DNA of 10,198 bases from Amoeboradix gromovi X-113 (taxonomy: Eukaryota > Fungi > Sanchytriomycota). The notes under the pieces are model-generated. The model made no database searches and had not been told where the DNA came from. It was given only the letters and a program-made list of their open reading frames with translations. The stretch spans positions 1-10,198 of the forward strand of contig JADGIF010000356.1 of NCBI GenBank assembly GCA_018985225.1, read 5' to 3'. Made by a program: the position numbers and the translations under genes. Below, in pieces: positions 6,181 to 10,198 of this stretch (position 1 is its first letter; each line of letters begins with the position of its first letter).

Positions 6181-8458
6181 CTAATGGCGTCCATTAAGAC
6201 CTCTCGCTCCTTTGATACTGGTTTCATACATTGAAGGACGAAATTGTCAGCTTGGTTTTTTATATTTAGCAGTGAACTAACAAATGGATCTCATGCATTA
6301 AAGCTTGCATTCTCATCCCGATCGATGACTTTGATGCATGTTTCGCATATCCTTCCAAAATCACTAAATAATGAGAATTAAATATTAGCAGGTCGAGAAG
6401 AAACCAGCGGATTCATATCTTTGGCATCTGCTCTTATCTCACGTCATATGAAATATGCGGCGTTCAAAAAAGCGTTTCACTTCTTTCTTTAGGAACCATC
6501 AAAACTGAGATAACTGTCTTAACCAAAATTGTTGCATGGGATTCATGTAATCTACTTGGTATAGATTTACTGGAACAATAATTTCACAAGTGCGAATGAG
6601 TCTTGGTACCAAATGAACCAAATCAACTTATCGACCTAAAACATCCAGGTGAACTGCCTAGCTTGGATGACATTTTAGCCAAACCGATGAACTGGAAACG
6701 TATGAATTACCATCAGTAACCCGGAGCAAGTATCCAAGATCTTCAAACACCTAATCAATTAGTATGCGAAATCAGAGACCGGTACATGGGAACTATATGC
6801 TATATTCATATCATAAATTTTAAAAAAGAATTTCCCAATACCACCAATAAAATATGCGGTCCGAGCTTTCTTATTTACTGGAATTTCCAGACCACTGGGA
6901 CTTGTATACATGATTTGGGATTAATCTAAGATTACATCACCAATTTTTTTATTGCAACAAGCATACTTAGAGAGTACTTCGTGGATTATAATGAGGTATC
7001 TTAGTAAATCATTTTTTCTCTAAAACCTCTAGTCTTAGAGGGGGAAAAGAATTGATTGATTTATTGTTAAGTGAAGAGTTTTTCATGTACAATTCACAAA
7101 TGCCCTTGCAAAAATTGTGGATTTTAAAGGCATGGAAAAAAGAAGGAGAATATACGGTATGCAGATTCCATGAGCGCAGGAGATGGTTATTACTTTTCAA
7201 AGATTATTAGTCAAAGGCAAAATAACAATGAAGAATACATTTGGGATTTGAGCACAAAGGCTCTTTTAACTGCTTTTTCGATTGAAACGCAATAACAATA
7301 AACTATTTTCTTTAATCTTTATTGGGTTTGAAGGCAAATCTTGTAAATTGTTATGCAGAGCACTTGATTCCTGATATGGTTTTTTCAAATTAATCATAAT
7401 AAATTTCAAATTACCATTATAAAATCAGTTGATGTTTATATTTTAAAATAAAGACTGGAATGAATGAACATATAAATCTACATCCAGCTGGGGGCAGGAA
7501 AGTCCAGTAGGGTGTATGTCAAGAAAGACTGGAAGTACATAAAGAGGGCACCAACATCCAAGAGCGATGGTGCAGCAGAGAGATTTACAGAGACACAGAA
7601 AAAGATAGTGGCCCTACCCAACAGATACCCGAGCTCCATAGTGTGCATTGGGAGCAGAGAGCTGCTACCCAAAAATGAGCTCAGTGCGGAGGAGAAGAAT
7701 GTAATCGAGAATCTGAGCAGCGATATCATCACATCGATACACCAAGATGGGTCACTGCCATACAGATATCTCACCCACATCATCTATCCGGAATTGGAAC
7801 CAAGGCCGAAAGCACACGAGCGAGCAATCAGGGCCTGTAAAAAGGGTCAAAATCAATAAACACTGAGTGTCTATTACTAGCGCCTTTCCTTGTTGTTACA
7901 CTTTCAATTGTGACTTTTCCCACTTATATCCAAAAAATGACATTATGTACTGGGAACCATTATAGCACAATGCTGTGCAAGCTAGTAATCTCATGTATTA
8001 AGTAGAACTGCTTCATAATAAAGCATACCTCAAAGTTATTGAAATTTTCTTGTGTATGTTGTGAATAGTGCAATGCCATCTCTTGAGTGAATGCAGTGAG
8101 TGTTTTAGGAGTGCCACAACTCGTTTATTCTTTAAAAGATTGTGAGCGTAGCATTCTTTAATGATTTAAAGCATTGATTTGGATACATCATGTGGTGTTT
8201 GAAATAATGGACAAAGGAACTTTTGTTTTAGAAGAAATCAAGCACACTCATTGAAGAAAGATGCAATGAGGTACCGATCACCTTTCTCTTGGATCCAACC
8301 ATTAGTAATGCAATATCAATTTGACCAACCTGTGCCTTTGCTACAGAGATTCCAATAAGCCATATTCTATCGAGTAAAGTGTTGATACGATAGCATCTCT
8401 TTATTTAAAGTCGTGTTGGTATTTTCGTGCAACCATATCCTATGCAGGTGTCAAGCAT
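6181..8458 (-). pseudogene. Decayed Fanzor1-like (TnpB-family RNA-guided endonuclease) gene with many stops and frameshifts, a probable internal deletion and an insertion
   Basis: Collinear minus-strand fragments, 5' to 3': GCTKIPTRL (8434-8408), IASFFNECA (8267-8241), LTAFTQEMALHYSQHTQENF (8100-8041), LCSNPKCILHCY...LRSWNLHTVYSPSF (from 7257), VTDG (6720-6709), RFG*NVIQA (6686-6660), LIRTCEIIVPVN/fs/SRLH (6600-6545), CETCIKVIDRDENASFN (6347-6297; Zn-ribbon CxxC plus RuvC-III), then RP (6240-6235) and a stop at 6183-6181. The 5' boundary is approximate. Confidence 0.75.
7477..7860 (+). other. GC-richer, purine-rich foreign insert with an ATG-less open frame (about 127 codons) inside the Fanzor relic
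   Basis: Hand counts give 45% GC (7501-7560) and 52% (7621-7680) versus 15% in the adjacent 7381-7440. The + frame is open from 7476 to 7859. ATAAA occurs at both edges (7472-7476 and 7856-7860). Confidence 0.55.
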
Positions 8459-9047
8459 TTTGAAGAAAGAGTTGACAACTAACTACAATGTTATTGAGAA
8501 TCAGTTATATAGCGCCAGAGACACGACTGGTTTTATCTGGAATACATATAAAGAAACCAAACCGTGTAGAATTTATCACATTTTGACAATTATTAGACCG
8601 GCTTCTCTGGATTGCAAGCGAATCTTCTCCATAGTTAAAAAGTTCATGCGAGCTGAACGGTGTAAGATGGAACCAAATAAATTATAATTATGAATCTTTC
8701 TTCGAAAACCCCCAAGTATATAGAATTGAACTAGGCAGTATTAATTCAACAATGCTGTACTAGGTTCCGCGAAAACGTTAAAATTGGCCGAGCAATAAGA
8801 TTCGTATGAATCGTACAAAGAGGTGAGCAAATATGGTTCAGTTTACAACAAGTCCATTTATTAAAGACGCCGTGCTTGAATCAAATTGGCCTAGTGAGAT
8901 TAATCTAATTTTACTTAAATCTGCTTTTCTTCAGTAAAACATTTCTCTTACTCCAGTTCTACACATAATAAGTTGTCTGGATCTTATAGAGTGAGCGACT
9001 CACGAGTAATTTTGCATTTTCAAGATTTCACATACGAAACATCAAAT

Positions 9048-9980
9048 ATGGAAAATGAAGAAGACATATTTATAATCAAAGAGAACCCTGATGGAAATGT
9101 ATTTTTGAAAAAAATTTACAGTAGAACCTCTTTGAGATGTTGGGTCCTTGCTGGTATTCTTATTATAACTGTGTTAGTTTTTTTCCAGTTATTTGTAAAA
9201 GACAGCGCAGATGTGAAGAGTAGACACCAACCAGAGTACCCTCCTACTATGGTTACTAAAAATGCATATGCTACTTTAATGGTTGGACAGGAGGAACAAT
9301 CCCAAAAACAATACTTGGGTGCTTTAATATTATGGTTGTCAAGCCTAAAACATTTTGAAGTTACGCAAGACATAGTGGTTATGGTTACCCCTGATGTGTC
9401 CCCATTCGTACTGAGTTTAATTACAAAGTTTGGTGGAAAACTCCGCTTTGTCAAACGAATTGAAACTGAAGGTAGTTTTAAGCGTTATTCCTCGATGCTT
9501 ACAAAGTTGGCACTTTGGAATATGACAGAGTACGACCGGGTTGCCTATTTTGATTCGGATCATGTGTTTCTTAACAGTCCTGATAAAATCTTTGAAGATT
9601 GTGGCGATGCAATTTTTTGTTCAACCCCAGATACTCAAATAGCCGAAACCTATTTCAACGCGGGGCTAATGGTAATCAAGCCGAATGTCACACTGTATGA
9701 CGAGTATTTGACTAAAACTGAGCTAGCCAAGAGCTCTTTCGCTGAGCAAGATATGTTGAATAAGATCTACAATGGAACATGGAAGAACGTTGATAAAAAA
9801 TACAATTTAATGCACCCGACCAAAGAAACTATAAACACTCCAGATCTAATAGCTGTGCATGAGAAGTGGTGGGTGTTAAAAAATGACCTAAAATTGACTG
9901 ATTCAAAATGGATTTGGAATCAATTGTTAAAAAACATCACGATGGAATGTTCATTTGAGTTTGTCTTTATGGAAGAATAA
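9048..9980 (+). CDS. Glycosyltransferase family 8 (glycogenin-like fold), type II membrane-anchored
   Basis: First ATG at 9048. N-terminal TM anchor WVLAGILIITVLVFFQLFV, then AYATL, LTKLALWNMTEYDRVAYFDSD (DxD), FNAGLMVIKP, AEQDMLN, KKYN and HEKWW. Confidence 0.92.
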   Translation: MENEEDIFIIKENPDGNVFLKKIYSRTSLRCWVLAGILIITVLVFFQLFVKDSADVKSRHQPEYPPTMVTKNAYATLMVGQEEQSQKQYLGALILWLSSLKHFEVTQDIVVMVTPDVSPFVLSLITKFGGKLRFVKRIETEGSFKRYSSMLTKLALWNMTEYDRVAYFDSDHVFLNSPDKIFEDCGDAIFCSTPDTQIAETYFNAGLMVIKPNVTLYDEYLTKTELAKSSFAEQDMLNKIYNGTWKNVDKKYNLMHPTKETINTPDLIAVHEKWWVLKNDLKLTDSKWIWNQLLKNITMECSFEFVFMEE

Positions 9981-9995
9981 ATAAAATACATATAT

Positions 9996-10196
9996 TTACT
10001 GGACTTGAAGACTGTTTTTACGAGAGCTTAAAGGAACTGAGTTATTGCGGAACTCAGTATAACTTGGAGGTTGAGAAGCACTCAAGTCGCTATTGTTCAA
10101 ACAGGCACCGTTGCTTTTAATTTTTTCCAAGGATATGAAGGTTGTCTGGTCTTCTAGGTCCTTGTTCAGCATCATCAAAAAGTTTGAAATAGAATA
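9996..10196 (-). CDS. 3' end of a gene entering from beyond the window; S/N-rich tail with a PPxY motif
   Basis: The frame is open to the window edge (YSISNFLMMLNKDLEDQ...QPPSYTEF...LQVQ*). Convergent with the GT8 gene. Confidence 0.55.
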   Translation of the reverse strand, partial: YSISNFLMMLNKDLEDQTTFISLEKIKSNGACLNNSDLSASQPPSYTEFRNNSVPLSSRKNSLQVQ

Positions 10197-10198
10197 CC

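Noticed and set aside
7478-7783. Both strands open in the insert (ambigrammatic, narnavirus-like)
   Set aside because: The two frames are not codon-aligned, and an antisense ORF of this size is unremarkable at about 48% GC.
8427-8687. 86-aa plus-strand ORF
   Set aside because: No recognisable motifs, and it lies antisense to or abutting the decayed element's 5' region.
8709-8720. CCCCCAAGTATA as a distal TIR closing a large Fanzor-containing element
   Set aside because: Only about 7 nt match the TIR terminus and the adjacent sequence does not align.
1-10198. CRISPR array or prokaryotic operon structure
   Set aside because: No regularly spaced direct repeats, and the gene content (F-box, NDUFB9, spliceosomal intron) is eukaryotic.

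Overview
AT-rich, extremely gene-dense eukaryotic DNA, most likely a compact early-diverging (chytrid-like) fungal genome; the taxonomy is inference. Host genes are a CorA-family transporter (completed by a 21-nt intron), a multi-pass membrane protein, an F-box/LRR protein, a degenerate RhoGAP-like ORF, complex I subunit NDUFB9, a GT8 glycosyltransferase and the 3' end of a convergent gene. The apparently gene-free stretch 5700-8700 is a nest of mobile DNA. It holds a heavily decayed Fanzor1-like (eukaryotic TnpB-family, RNA-guided nuclease) pseudogene on the minus strand, largely missed by the ORF track and interrupted by a GC-richer foreign insert. At its 3' end sits a 461-bp terminal-inverted-repeat element that is preceded by CATA and ends 41 bp upstream of the NDUFB9 start codon. 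All family assignments were made by eye from manual translation and remembered motifs, not from database searches.
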